Source: an uncultured Synergistaceae bacterium
GTDB lineage: Bacteria; Synergistota; Synergistia; Synergistales; Aminobacteriaceae
Assembly: GCA_964458805.1 (NCBI GenBank)
Contig: CAYWKH010000003.1
Span: 1-56,709, forward strand
DNA length: 56,709 bases
Reading direction: 5' to 3'
Shown one piece after another: positions 1-7,360 of this stretch. Numbering within the stretch: the stretch's first letter is position 1; each line of letters starts with the position of its first letter. The translations under genes were made by a program, and so were the position numbers. A model generated the notes under the pieces. The model was not told the DNA's origin. It saw only the letters and a program-made list of their open reading frames with translations, and ran no database searches.

Positions 1-204
1 TGGGTGTCCGGCAATATCGTCGTGGCGTACCTTGACGGTCGGCTTCTGGTGAAGGGTGTGGTAAAGGGCCCGAAGGGTGAGACGCTGCTCAAATCTATCA
101 ACAAGACTTATGAGGACATCGTCATAGGCCCGGCGTCGCTCTTCCGCGTGATAGGTTCGGTAATAAAGGTCACCCGCCAATGGGATCCGAAGCCGGTGCT
201 GTGA
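1..204 (+). CDS. S24 (LexA/phage CI-like) peptidase-repressor, C-terminal fragment; 5' end lies outside the window
   Basis: The frame is open from base 1. 'IVVAYLDGRLLVKGVVKG...ETLLKSINKTYEDIVIG...FRVIGSVIKVTRQW' matches the LexA/CI C-terminal beta-barrel pattern ('VVA..dg..tVKrL....l.l.p.N..y..i.......iiG.V'), including the Lys-bearing strand. Confidence 0.6.
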   Translation, partial: WVSGNIVVAYLDGRLLVKGVVKGPKGETLLKSINKTYEDIVIGPASLFRVIGSVIKVTRQWDPKPVL

Positions 205-216
205 GAGAGTAAAACA

Positions 217-696
217 ATGCCGATTGCCGACGATCTTTCCGACAGCATGATAGAGGCCCTGCTGGGCCGTCCCAAGGAGATGCCGCAGTCTGAGAGGCGG
301 AAGCTCCGCTCTGAAAGCTGGAGGGAGAGCAACGGGCACAGGCGGGCGGATATTACACTTGAAGCCGACGGAGACGAGAAGTTCTCCATCTTCATGCGGC
401 AGGCCGTTGATGATATTATGGACTTCTCAATAGGGCTCAAGGTGATTTTCAAGGATAACAGTTCGTTAAATCTCATCCGGTGCAACGGGGTTCACGGCAG
501 GCACAGGAATGACCTTGAAAATACCGTCTTCGAGGATGAGTTCCATGTCCATATAACCACGGAGCGGTATATCAAAAACGGTGCGCAGCCCGAGAAGTTT
601 GCCGCCCCTACTGCGGAATACAGCTGCTTGGACGGGGCTATAGAGTTTTTTCTGAAGCGGTGCAACGTAAAGTTCAGGGAAGAGGGGCTGTTTTAA
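217..696 (+). CDS. Hypothetical 159-aa protein with a His-rich core (NGVHGRHRN...FHVHITTERY); function unknown
   Basis: ATG lies 12 nt after the upstream stop, on the same strand. The layout resembles a widespread uncharacterised family ('..EALL..PK..', '..D..KF.I....', 'L.R..G..H.N.DG....PH.H.Y.E.Y') that I only know as a DUF. This is recalled from memory and not verified. Confidence 0.6.
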   Translation: MPIADDLSDSMIEALLGRPKEMPQSERRKLRSESWRESNGHRRADITLEADGDEKFSIFMRQAVDDIMDFSIGLKVIFKDNSSLNLIRCNGVHGRHRNDLENTVFEDEFHVHITTERYIKNGAQPEKFAAPTAEYSCLDGAIEFFLKRCNVKFREEGLF

Positions 697-716
697 AGGC
701 GCGGGAGTAAGGGGGG

Positions 717-1511
717 ATGATTATGACTCTTGATTCTTTGAGGGGGGTTTTAAGCGACTCCCTGAGGACGGAGGTGGACCTCCGCCGAAGAGGCATGAAC
801 GATTACAGGGTGAGCGTCCCTTTTTATTTTTCCGACGGCGACGGGGTTAAGATTATCCTCAAGGACCACGGCGACGGAGATTATACGCTGACTGACGAGG
901 GGCATACCCTTATGCGGATAAGCTACCAAGACCTGGATATTGACGGGAGCCCCGCCCGCAGGGCCCTGTTCGAAAAGATTCTGTCCTCCCATTTTTTGAA
1001 GAATCAGGACGGGCGCCTTGCGCTGACCGATATTAGGGAGGCCGACCTGGGGCCTGCAATTTTCACGTTTGCCCAGGGCGTTATCAAGGTGGCGGATATG
1101 GCCTTTTTCCTCAAGCGGGAGAGGACGCGGAATTTGTTTATCGAAGAGCTGAAGGCCCTGGTTGCCGAGGTCATCGGGGAGCGGAAGGCCGTCTTCGATT
1201 ACTGCAATCCCGATATCGACGCGGACAGGAAGTACCCGATCGACTGCCTTATCGTGGGGCGAAGGGACCGGCGTGTGCATCTTTACGGCGCCCATACGGA
1301 CGTTAAGGCAAAGGACTCGATGTTGTCCATGTACTACTACGCCGGCGCAGGAGACAAGACGCCCTCGTGCGTGGTTTTCGATGCGGAGGGAAGCGTGGCG
1401 AATAAGACAAAGGCCCAGGTTGCCGATATTGCGGATAAGACTATTTCATCCATGGGGGCGATTAAGGAAGCGCTTCCCCGGTTCGTGGAGAAGTTCGAAG
1501 ACGTGGCCTGA
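717..1511 (+). CDS. DUF1828 + DUF1829 two-domain protein (function unknown)
   Basis: The N-terminal 'VSVPFYFSDGDGVKIILKDHGDGDYTLTDEGHTLMRI' is DUF1828-like. The C-terminal 'YPIDCLIVGRRDRRVHLYGAHTDVKAK' is DUF1829-like. SD AAGGGGGG at 707-716 favours the second ATG at 723. Confidence 0.65.
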   Translation: MIMTLDSLRGVLSDSLRTEVDLRRRGMNDYRVSVPFYFSDGDGVKIILKDHGDGDYTLTDEGHTLMRISYQDLDIDGSPARRALFEKILSSHFLKNQDGRLALTDIREADLGPAIFTFAQGVIKVADMAFFLKRERTRNLFIEELKALVAEVIGERKAVFDYCNPDIDADRKYPIDCLIVGRRDRRVHLYGAHTDVKAKDSMLSMYYYAGAGDKTPSCVVFDAEGSVANKTKAQVADIADKTISSMGAIKEALPRFVEKFEDVA

Positions 1512-1515
1512 ACTG

Positions 1516-1537
1516 CGCCCCCCAACGGGGGCGTTTT
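1516..1537 (+). terminator. Intrinsic terminator closing the three-gene operon
   Basis: cgccccc (1516-1522) pairs with gggggcg (1527-1533), with loop caac, followed by TTTT at 1534-1537. It starts 5 nt after the stop at 1511. Confidence 0.75.
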
Positions 1538-1658
1538 GATTATCAGCATGCGCGGCCCGAAGCCGCTGGCGTGAGAGGCGTTGAAAGCCGTATAGTCAAA
1601 AGAAGAATGTGTCGGCAGGGTTATAACACATTCATATCACATGAAAGGGGCATTGGAA

Positions 1659-2006
1659 ATGAAAAGATCCGTCTGGAGGTCCGCGATCCTGATCCTTCTG
1701 CTCGTGGCTGCTGCAGCCCACGGGGCCGAGTGGTACCAGGGAGGCACGCTGCACAACGCCACCATCGCCGACTGGTGGAAAGCGACGCCGGCGAACAGGC
1801 TGGCCACGTGCGGGGACTTCATAGCCCGCCTTCACATGGATGGAGCGCTCAATCTGCCGATCACGGACGTGCCCTCGATAAAGCCCTACGCGACCGAGCT
1901 GGTGGCGTTCATAGACGCAGCGACCGTGGACTTCGAGGGTGTCAAGCAGGAAAAGGTTTCGGACATGGCTGCTATGGGAGTTCTTTTGATGGGATGGGGG
2001 AAGTGA
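1659..2006 (+). CDS. Small secreted protein (signal peptide), function unknown
   Basis: SD AAGGGG lies 8 nt before the ATG at 1659. 'MKRSVWRSAILILLLVAAAAHG/AEW' is a typical Sec signal. No recognisable domain. Confidence 0.6.
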   Translation: MKRSVWRSAILILLLVAAAAHGAEWYQGGTLHNATIADWWKATPANRLATCGDFIARLHMDGALNLPITDVPSIKPYATELVAFIDAATVDFEGVKQEKVSDMAAMGVLLMGWGK

Positions 2007-2033
2007 CGCAAGACAAATCCAAGGAGGAATGCC

Positions 2034-2672
2034 ATGAAAAGGAGAAACATCCTTGCCGCGATCATCCTCTGCGCGCTACTGATGGCCGTCGTCGCCTCGG
2101 CGGCCGTGACGGTTTACATCACCGAGACGGGTAACAAGTACCACACGTCCGGATGCCGCTATCTGAGCAAGTCGAAGATCGCCATCTCGCTTGACGAGGC
2201 GAAGGCGCAAGGGTACGCGCCCTGCGGGGCATGCAAGTTCCTCCAAGGGCAGCTCGCTTTATTCAGAGGCTTCTTTGATATAAAATGGCGCATATTCCGC
2301 TTTCTTAATTCTCACCAAGGGGGTACTCGTAACATGAAAATAGATACAAAATACGTAGGAACTAAATCTGTAGTGTCGTTAGAAATCAGTTCTAGTGAAC
2401 AAATTGAACTCGAAATTGATATTCTTAGCCAAACACTAATTCAAGTACAACAAAAAAATGGGACGAATGCAGCTATGCAAAACCACGCAGAAATGCTGAG
2501 AAAAAAAGTAATGGAAACGTTACGTTTCATTGGAGATCCTGGTCTTTTTTCGTTTAGAGAAAAAGATGACGTTAAGTTACAACTCCTTCAAGGAGCAAAT
2601 AGACCTGATCCAACCATTAACTACTGTTTCTTCACAGACTCTGGTGAGTTAGAAAGTTTCCAGAGCGTATAA
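2034..2672 (+). CDS. Small secreted Cys-motif protein ('KYHxxxCxxL...PCGxC', Ada-like zinc-binding motif) whose reading frame continues into AT-rich foreign DNA; probably chimeric
   Basis: SD AAGGAGG precedes the ATG at 2034. Signal peptide 'MKRRNILAAIILCALLMAVVASA'. The motif 'TGNKYHTSGCRYLSKSK...GYAPCGACK' normally ends such proteins at about 70 aa. Here no stop follows, and composition switches from GC-rich to AT-rich at about 2270. Confidence 0.5.
   Translation: MKRRNILAAIILCALLMAVVASAAVTVYITETGNKYHTSGCRYLSKSKIAISLDEAKAQGYAPCGACKFLQGQLALFRGFFDIKWRIFRFLNSHQGGTRNMKIDTKYVGTKSVVSLEISSSEQIELEIDILSQTLIQVQQKNGTNAAMQNHAEMLRKKVMETLRFIGDPGLFSFREKDDVKLQLLQGANRPDPTINYCFFTDSGELESFQSV
2334..2672 (+). 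CDS. Low-GC hypothetical protein (112 aa) inside the AT-rich island, possibly translated independently
   Basis: SD CAAGGGGG lies about 8 nt upstream of the in-frame ATG at 2334. The AT-rich codon usage is unlike the rest of the window. 'MKIDTKYVGTKSVVSLEISSSEQIELEIDIL...' has no recognised domain. Confidence 0.4.
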   Translation: MKIDTKYVGTKSVVSLEISSSEQIELEIDILSQTLIQVQQKNGTNAAMQNHAEMLRKKVMETLRFIGDPGLFSFREKDDVKLQLLQGANRPDPTINYCFFTDSGELESFQSV

Positions 2673-2977
2673 AATTGAGTTCGGCACATTTATGATACGT
2701 CCATTGAACGTAATTTTCGATATAACTCTCAATAAAGGGATGGTCTCTTTCAATCATATTTCAATTCAGCGCTCTTAACGTCCCACAGACAAAAGCATTT
2801 CCCCGCAGAGAGAAAGTGCGGCGTTTTTAAGAGTTAGAAGAGCAACGTCTCCAGCGAAAAAATACCGTACAACAGACCGTATAAAAGATTTTCCGATGAA
2901 TTGTTAAAGTCCAGCATTCGCAACGCTTACATCAATCCTATTACAACCCAGTATCGCCCACCATCTGATGAATTCGG

Positions 2978-3010
2978 GGTTCCCGCGATCAATGCGGGAA
3001 CCTTTTTTCT
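2978..3010 (+). terminator. Intrinsic terminator within the AT-rich island
   Basis: ggttcccgc (2978-2986) pairs with gcgggaacc (2994-3002), with loop gatcaat, followed by TTTTTT at 3003-3008. Confidence 0.7.
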
Positions 3011-3074
3011 GTCCTTTTTTTCTGTAGGTAAAGCGTCTTGAAAACGCTCGCATCCCCAAGGGGGATAACTACCC

Positions 3075-3104
3075 TTATCAGTCAAGGATGTAAACTGGTA
3101 TAAT
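3075..3104 (+). promoter_or_regulatory. Candidate sigma70 promoter for the GntR gene
   Basis: Extended -10 TGgTATAAT at 3096-3104. Weak -35 TTATCA at 3075-3080 with an 18-nt spacer. Confidence 0.35.
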
Positions 3105-3223
3105 CATGCTGAAGGCGGCTTCGTCGCGCTTCAGTACGCCGAATGCCGGGGGCTGGCGGAAAACCCGCGCGACAGCGCGTGTGTGTCGGTTGCCTTGGCA
3201 TGCCGGGAGAGGAGTTGGGTTTT

Positions 3224-3892
3224 GTGGTGAGCAGGATTTTTCATTCTTTAGGGGACCAGGTGTTCGAGACAATAAAGGAGTTGATCGTAAGCAACGCCTA
3301 TCAGCCGGGAGAGGTTCTCCAGATCGACAAGCTCGCGGCGGAGTTCGGCGTGAGCACCACCCCGATAAGGGAGGCGCTGCTCCGCCTGGAGGGGTTGGGA
3401 CTGGTGCAGATCGAGCGGAACAAGGCGGCCGTGGTCACCCAGGTCAGCGAGACGCGATCGCGCCACGTCTGGGAGTTCCGCCGGCTGCTGGAGGCCAGGG
3501 TGAGCAGAGACGCCGCGGTTCACTGCACCGACGAGGAGATAGGGTCGGTGAGGGAGAAGGTGCTCAAGGTCCGCGACGATCCGGACGACTTCGATCACTA
3601 CTTGGAGTCCGACGTCGCGCTCCACTCGCTTCTCGCGAGCAGAACCGACAACCCCCTGATCCTGGACGCTCTGAACAACCTGAGCGTCCACGCGCGCAGG
3701 ATTCGCTACTTCGCGGAGAAGGGGCCCTTCAGGGAGGAGGTGCTCGAGGCGGTCACCAGGGAACACCTGGAGATTCTGTCCGCCCTGGGCGAGCACGACC
3801 CCGACAGGGTCGAGGGGCTAGTAACGCTACACCTGACAAATGCGGAGGAGAGGACGCGCAGGGCCCTCGCAGGAGGCGGGGAGACGGCTTGA
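3224..3892 (+). CDS. GntR-family transcriptional regulator (FadR/FCD-type C-terminal domain)
   Basis: 'QPGEVLQIDKLAAEFGVSTTPIREALLRLEGLGLVQIERNKAAVV' is the GntR winged HTH, followed by a helical FCD-like domain. SD GAGAGGAG at 3207-3214 favours GTG 3224 over the upstream ATGs at 3143 and 3200. Confidence 0.85.
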   Translation: MVSRIFHSLGDQVFETIKELIVSNAYQPGEVLQIDKLAAEFGVSTTPIREALLRLEGLGLVQIERNKAAVVTQVSETRSRHVWEFRRLLEARVSRDAAVHCTDEEIGSVREKVLKVRDDPDDFDHYLESDVALHSLLASRTDNPLILDALNNLSVHARRIRYFAEKGPFREEVLEAVTREHLEILSALGEHDPDRVEGLVTLHLTNAEERTRRALAGGGETA

Positions 3893-3908
3893 CAAAGGTG
3901 CGCCGAGC

Positions 3909-4478
3909 CTACGCCTTCTTCGCCCTGCGGAATCTCTCCCTGCCATAGAGGTAGAGAGAGGTCCCGCGCGAGTCGATGAGCACAGTCAGCGGCATCTCCC
4001 TTACATTGAGCTTCAGCATGGCCTCCGGCCCCAGGTCCTCGTAGCCGATAATCTCCGAGGACGCCACGCAGCGGGCGAGAAGCGCCGCTATGCCCCCGGC
4101 GGCCCCGAAGTAGACCGCCCTGTTCTTGACGATGCTGCCCACCACTTCCGGGCTGCGGTCGCCCTTGCCTATCATCCCCCTCACCCCCTCCTCCAGGAGC
4201 GCGGGGGCGTAGGGGTCCATGCGGTAGCTCGTGGTCGGCCCTATGGAACCTATGGGCAGCCCCGGGCGCGCAGGCGACGGGCCGGCATAGAAGATGACGG
4301 CCCCCCGCAGGTCCGCCGGGACGGGCTCCCCGTTTTCGAGCGCCTCGACCATGCGCTTGTGAGCCGCATCCCTGGCCACGTATACGACACCCGACAGCAG
4401 GACCTCGTCTCCGGCGCACAGGGCCTCGCAGTCGGCGCGATTCAGCGGGGCGCTCAAGCGTCTGACTTCACTTCTCAT
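3909..4478 (-). CDS. Fe-S hydro-lyase (class I fumarate hydratase / tartrate dehydratase) beta subunit
   Basis: 'LSGVVYVARDAAHKRM...IFYAGPSPARPG...GPTTSYRMD...GMIGKGDRS' is a typical FumB/TtdB-type C-terminal domain protein. Confidence 0.85.
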   Translation of the reverse strand: MRSEVRRLSAPLNRADCEALCAGDEVLLSGVVYVARDAAHKRMVEALENGEPVPADLRGAVIFYAGPSPARPGLPIGSIGPTTSYRMDPYAPALLEEGVRGMIGKGDRSPEVVGSIVKNRAVYFGAAGGIAALLARCVASSEIIGYEDLGPEAMLKLNVREMPLTVLIDSRGTSLYLYGRERFRRAKKA

Positions 4479-4487
4479 TCCTCCACC

Positions 4488-5333
4488 TCACACAGTGCAG
4501 CTGGCATGTCGGTTCGAGTGGCAGCAGAAGTTCACCGCCACGGGGAGTCCCGCAATATGAGTGGGCGCGTACTCGACGTTCACGCCGAGCGTGGTCACGC
4601 CCCCGCCGTATCCGGCGGCCCCGATTCCTAGGTCGTTTACCTCCTCGAGCAGCCGTCTCTCCAGCTCGGCGTAGGCGGGGTGAGGGTTTCTCTCGCCGAC
4701 CGGTCGGAGCAGGGCGCGTTTCGCCAGCTCGGCCACCCCCTCGAAGTTGCTGCCTATCCCCACGCCCAGCACGATGGGCGGACAGGGGTTGGCCCCGGCC
4801 CTGTCAACAGCGCCGACCACGAAATCGACGACTCCCTCGACGCCCGCCGCAGGAGCCAGCATGGCGGCCACGCTCATGTTCTCGCTGCCAAAGCCCTTCG
4901 GGGCGACCGTGATCGTAAACCTGTCGCCGGGCACTATTCGCACGTGCAGCTTCGCCGGGGTGTTGTCCCCGGTGTTTCTGCGTTCGTACAGCGGGTCCGC
5001 GACGATGGAACAACGTAAATACCCCTCGCTGTAGGCTCGTCGCACCCCTTCGTCCACCGCCTCGGCCAGTCCTCCTTCGACCAGCATCGCCTCCTGGCCC
5101 AGGTCGATGAAGACTACTGCCATGCCGCAGTCCTGGCACAGCGGGTATACCCCCCCGGACGCCGTCCTGGCGTTCTCGAGGATGTCCCTCAGCACCGCGG
5201 CCGCCGGGGCGCTGCTCTCGGTAGCGGCTGCGTCCTCCAAGGCCCGCGTCATGTCGGCCGGGAGGTTGTAAGCGGCCTCGACGAAGAGCCGCGCGACAAC
5301 CTCGGTCACCATCCTGGCGGAGATCTCTCTCAA
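4488..5333 (-). CDS. Fe-S hydro-lyase (class I fumarate hydratase) alpha subunit
   Basis: 'YPLCQDCGMAVVFIDLGQ' and 'GIGSNFE' are alpha-subunit motifs. It sits 9 nt upstream of the beta subunit. Confidence 0.85.
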   Translation of the reverse strand: MREISARMVTEVVARLFVEAAYNLPADMTRALEDAAATESSAPAAAVLRDILENARTASGGVYPLCQDCGMAVVFIDLGQEAMLVEGGLAEAVDEGVRRAYSEGYLRCSIVADPLYERRNTGDNTPAKLHVRIVPGDRFTITVAPKGFGSENMSVAAMLAPAAGVEGVVDFVVGAVDRAGANPCPPIVLGVGIGSNFEGVAELAKRALLRPVGERNPHPAYAELERRLLEEVNDLGIGAAGYGGGVTTLGVNVEYAPTHIAGLPVAVNFCCHSNRHASCTV

Positions 5334-5406
5334 TTTTCATCCCCCCGTATCGCTACATAAAAGAGGGGACCGGCGAACCGGCCCCCCCGTAGTCATCCAA
5401 GCCGGC

Positions 5407-5820
5407 TCAGGCGATGACCATCATGATGTCGCCGGTGTTGACCGCGTCGCCCTCGCGGCAGCGTATCTCCTTCACCACTCCGTCGGAGGGGGAGAATATC
5501 TCGTTCTCCATCTTCATAGCCTCGAGCACTATGACTATCTCGCCGCTCTTGACGGGGCTGCCCGCGGAGACCGCTACCTTGAGTATCTTGCCTGGCATCG
5601 GGGCCTCGACGACAGCGCCTCCGGATACGGGCGCGGGAGCCGCCACAGGGGCGGGTGCAGGTGCTGGCGCCGCCGGAGCGGGTGCAGTTGCGGCGGCAGG
5701 TGTTGGCGCGGGCGCGACAGTAGCCGCCGCGGGGACGGGCGTCGGCGCGGCCGAGCCCAGCTCTTCAACTTCCACCGTGTAGGATGTTCCATCGACTGTA
5801 ATTCGATACTTTTTGCTCAT
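5407..5820 (-). CDS. Biotin carboxyl carrier subunit of a decarboxylase/transcarboxylase (MmdC/GcdC/OadA-C-terminal type)
   Basis: 'YRITVDGTSYTVEVEE' N-terminus, an Ala/Pro linker, and the biotinyl motif 'LEAMKMENEI'. ATG at 5820; an alternative TTG lies at 5826. Confidence 0.85.
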   Translation of the reverse strand: MSKKYRITVDGTSYTVEVEELGSAAPTPVPAAATVAPAPTPAAATAPAPAAPAPAPAPVAAPAPVSGGAVVEAPMPGKILKVAVSAGSPVKSGEIVIVLEAMKMENEIFSPSDGVVKEIRCREGDAVNTGDIMMVIA

Positions 5821-5901
5821 GTACAACGAGCCTCCTTGGACTGTCTGTTTATACGGGCTTCGATCCGGCGCGGACGCCCCCGGCGTCCAACGGTGGCACG
5901 C

Positions 5902-6093
5902 CTACTTCGCTCCGCGCGCGATGCCGTCCGCGATATGCTTGATCCCGTATATGACCCCTGTCAGGCCGCCCAGCACCAAAAATACCACGCTGAATGCGAT
6001 AATGCACATCGTGAAGGCGCCGCCAACACCGGACAGTCCCTCCGTGGCGCGAGAGGCGCCGGTTGCAAGATCTGCGTTCATAATTCCGTTCAA
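5902..6093 (-). CDS. OadG-like small membrane subunit of a Na+-translocating decarboxylase
   Basis: 63 aa with a single TM segment, 'FTMCIIAFSVVFLVLGGLTGVIYGI'. Located between the epimerase and the biotin carrier. Confidence 0.55.
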   Translation of the reverse strand: MNGIMNADLATGASRATEGLSGVGGAFTMCIIAFSVVFLVLGGLTGVIYGIKHIADGIARGAK

Positions 6094-6117
6094 CTCCTTT
6101 TTACGAGGGCAGAAAAG

Positions 6118-6519
6118 CTATCTTTCACTGAGCTCCATCAGAACCCCGCCTGTGCTCTTCGGGTGCACGAACGCTATTCTCGCGCCACCCGCACCATACC
6201 GCGGCGTCTCGTCTATCAGTTTTATCCCCTTCGCCTTCAACTCGTTCAGGGCCTCCTCCAGGTTCTCCACGCGGATTGCGATGTGGTGGATCCCCTCTCC
6301 CTTCTTCTCGATGAACTTGGCCACAGGGCTATCGTCGGACGTGGCCTCAAGCAGCTCCACCTCGGTGTCTCCCAGCGGAAGGAATGCCGTTTTCACCCTC
6401 TGCTCCGCCACCTCCTCAACCCCGGTGCACTTGATGCCCAGGGAGGACTCCCAGAACACGAGGGCATCTTCTATCGATTTTACGGCTATGCCAATGTGAT
6501 CAACTACGGTAGGTCTCAT
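6118..6519 (-). CDS. mce: Methylmalonyl-CoA epimerase (VOC/glyoxalase fold)
   Basis: '[14 protein letters not shown]...', 'VELLE', '[17 protein letters not shown]' and '[15 protein letters not shown]'. SD AAAGGGGA precedes the ATG at 6519. Confidence 0.8.
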   Translation of the reverse strand: MRPTVVDHIGIAVKSIEDALVFWESSLGIKCTGVEEVAEQRVKTAFLPLGDTEVELLEATSDDSPVAKFIEKKGEGIHHIAIRVENLEEALNELKAKGIKLIDETPRYGAGGARIAFVHPKSTGGVLMELSER

Positions 6520-6779
6520 CTGTGCTTCCCCTTTCAACGCTTTTATTAGCAACATTAACTTGTTGCGTATATTTTAACAGAAAACCGGCGATACTGCCTC
6601 ATCTTCGGCCAGACAGCTTTGACTGGGAGGACTCCCTCACCCCGCCGAGTTATGGTATATTATCCTTCCAGGGGCGTCCCGACAGACAGGCTCGGCGATT
6701 CCAATCCATGAATAAGCCGCGGTCCGAGCCGCGACAACCGGTTTTTCCATAATTCGGCGCCTGAAAGGGGGAGGTAGAT

Positions 6780-7169
6780 TTGGCCTTGAAACCATGCAAA
6801 ATATGCGGAAGGCTTTACGACAGCGCGCGGGGCAAGTACTGTCCGCAGTGCATGCAGGAGATAGACGAACTCTATCCGAAAGTGCGCGAGTACATAAGGG
6901 ATCAGAAGGGAGCCGAGTACAGCGTCGACTCCCTTTCCGAGGAGATGGAGATCGACATTCTCAGGGTCCAGGCTCTTGTCGACCTTGGGTACCTGGACCG
7001 CAACACAATGGGAAATGCGGGGGCCCTCGACGAGGAGCAGAGGAAAAAAGAGATGCTGGCTCAGATGCTGAAAAAATCGCTGAGCGCCACTGAGAGCGAT
7101 CGGCCGCAGGAGGAGCAGAAAAAGCACAGGACATACGGCCAGGAGATATACGGTACGAGAAAAAAGTGA
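6780..7169 (+). CDS. YvyF-like zinc-ribbon protein (flagellar-operon protein family)
   Basis: TTG start after SD AAAGGGGGAGG. 'CKICGRLY...YCPQCMQEIDELYPKVREYIR' matches the N-terminal CxxC...CxxC..EE..F..V..ylR pattern of the B. subtilis YvyF family. Confidence 0.5.
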   Translation: MALKPCKICGRLYDSARGKYCPQCMQEIDELYPKVREYIRDQKGAEYSVDSLSEEMEIDILRVQALVDLGYLDRNTMGNAGALDEEQRKKEMLAQMLKKSLSATESDRPQEEQKKHRTYGQEIYGTRKK

Positions 7170-7303
7170 ATGGAACCTGTCAGTCCAAGGGTATGCGCGA
7201 GCCCTTTCACCGGCTGGCGGCAGTGCAAGCGCAACCCGGGGCGTGACACGGCCTTTTCACGAAAGCCGGGTTTAGGGGTTTGTCCGCCGGTATTTTCATA
7301 TAT

Positions 7304-7330
7304 GAAGCGCCCCTACCAGCGGGGCGCTTC
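7304..7330. terminator. Hairpin between convergent genes (bidirectional terminator candidate)
   Basis: Perfect 10-bp stem: gaagcgcccc (7304-7313) pairs with ggggcgcttc (7321-7330). There is no clear U-tract on either side. Confidence 0.5.
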
Positions 7331-7360
7331 GAGAGCCGCAATCTTCGATCCGACGGGGCC

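Larger units (their letters stand above)
2270..3105. other. AT-rich compositional island (putative horizontally acquired remnant)
   Basis: A sharp, visible drop in GC relative to both flanks. It contains one ORF and about 430 nt with no ORF of 60 aa or more. 'ccaaggggg' occurs at 2315-2323 and 3056-3064. Confidence 0.6.

Noticed and set aside
3106-3948. 280-aa Arg/Gly-rich ORF overlapping the GntR gene in another frame
   Set aside because: The product is low-complexity, while the +2 frame gives a clean GntR/FCD regulator. It is an overlapping-frame artefact of high GC.
5574-5720. Repetitive GC-rich stretch (gcgggtgcaggtgctggcgcc...) that looks like a tandem repeat
   Set aside because: On the minus strand it encodes the Ala/Pro-rich flexible linker (APAPTPAAATAPAPAAPAPAPAPVAAPAP) of the biotin carrier protein. 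This is a normal feature of that family, not a DNA repeat element.
6600-6779. Possible attenuator or riboswitch in the leader of the YvyF-like gene (hairpin cgcgg-tccgag-ccgcg, then ...ccggttttt)
   Set aside because: The stem is only 5 bp and the U-run is 8 nt away. No match to any riboswitch class I know. The evidence is insufficient.
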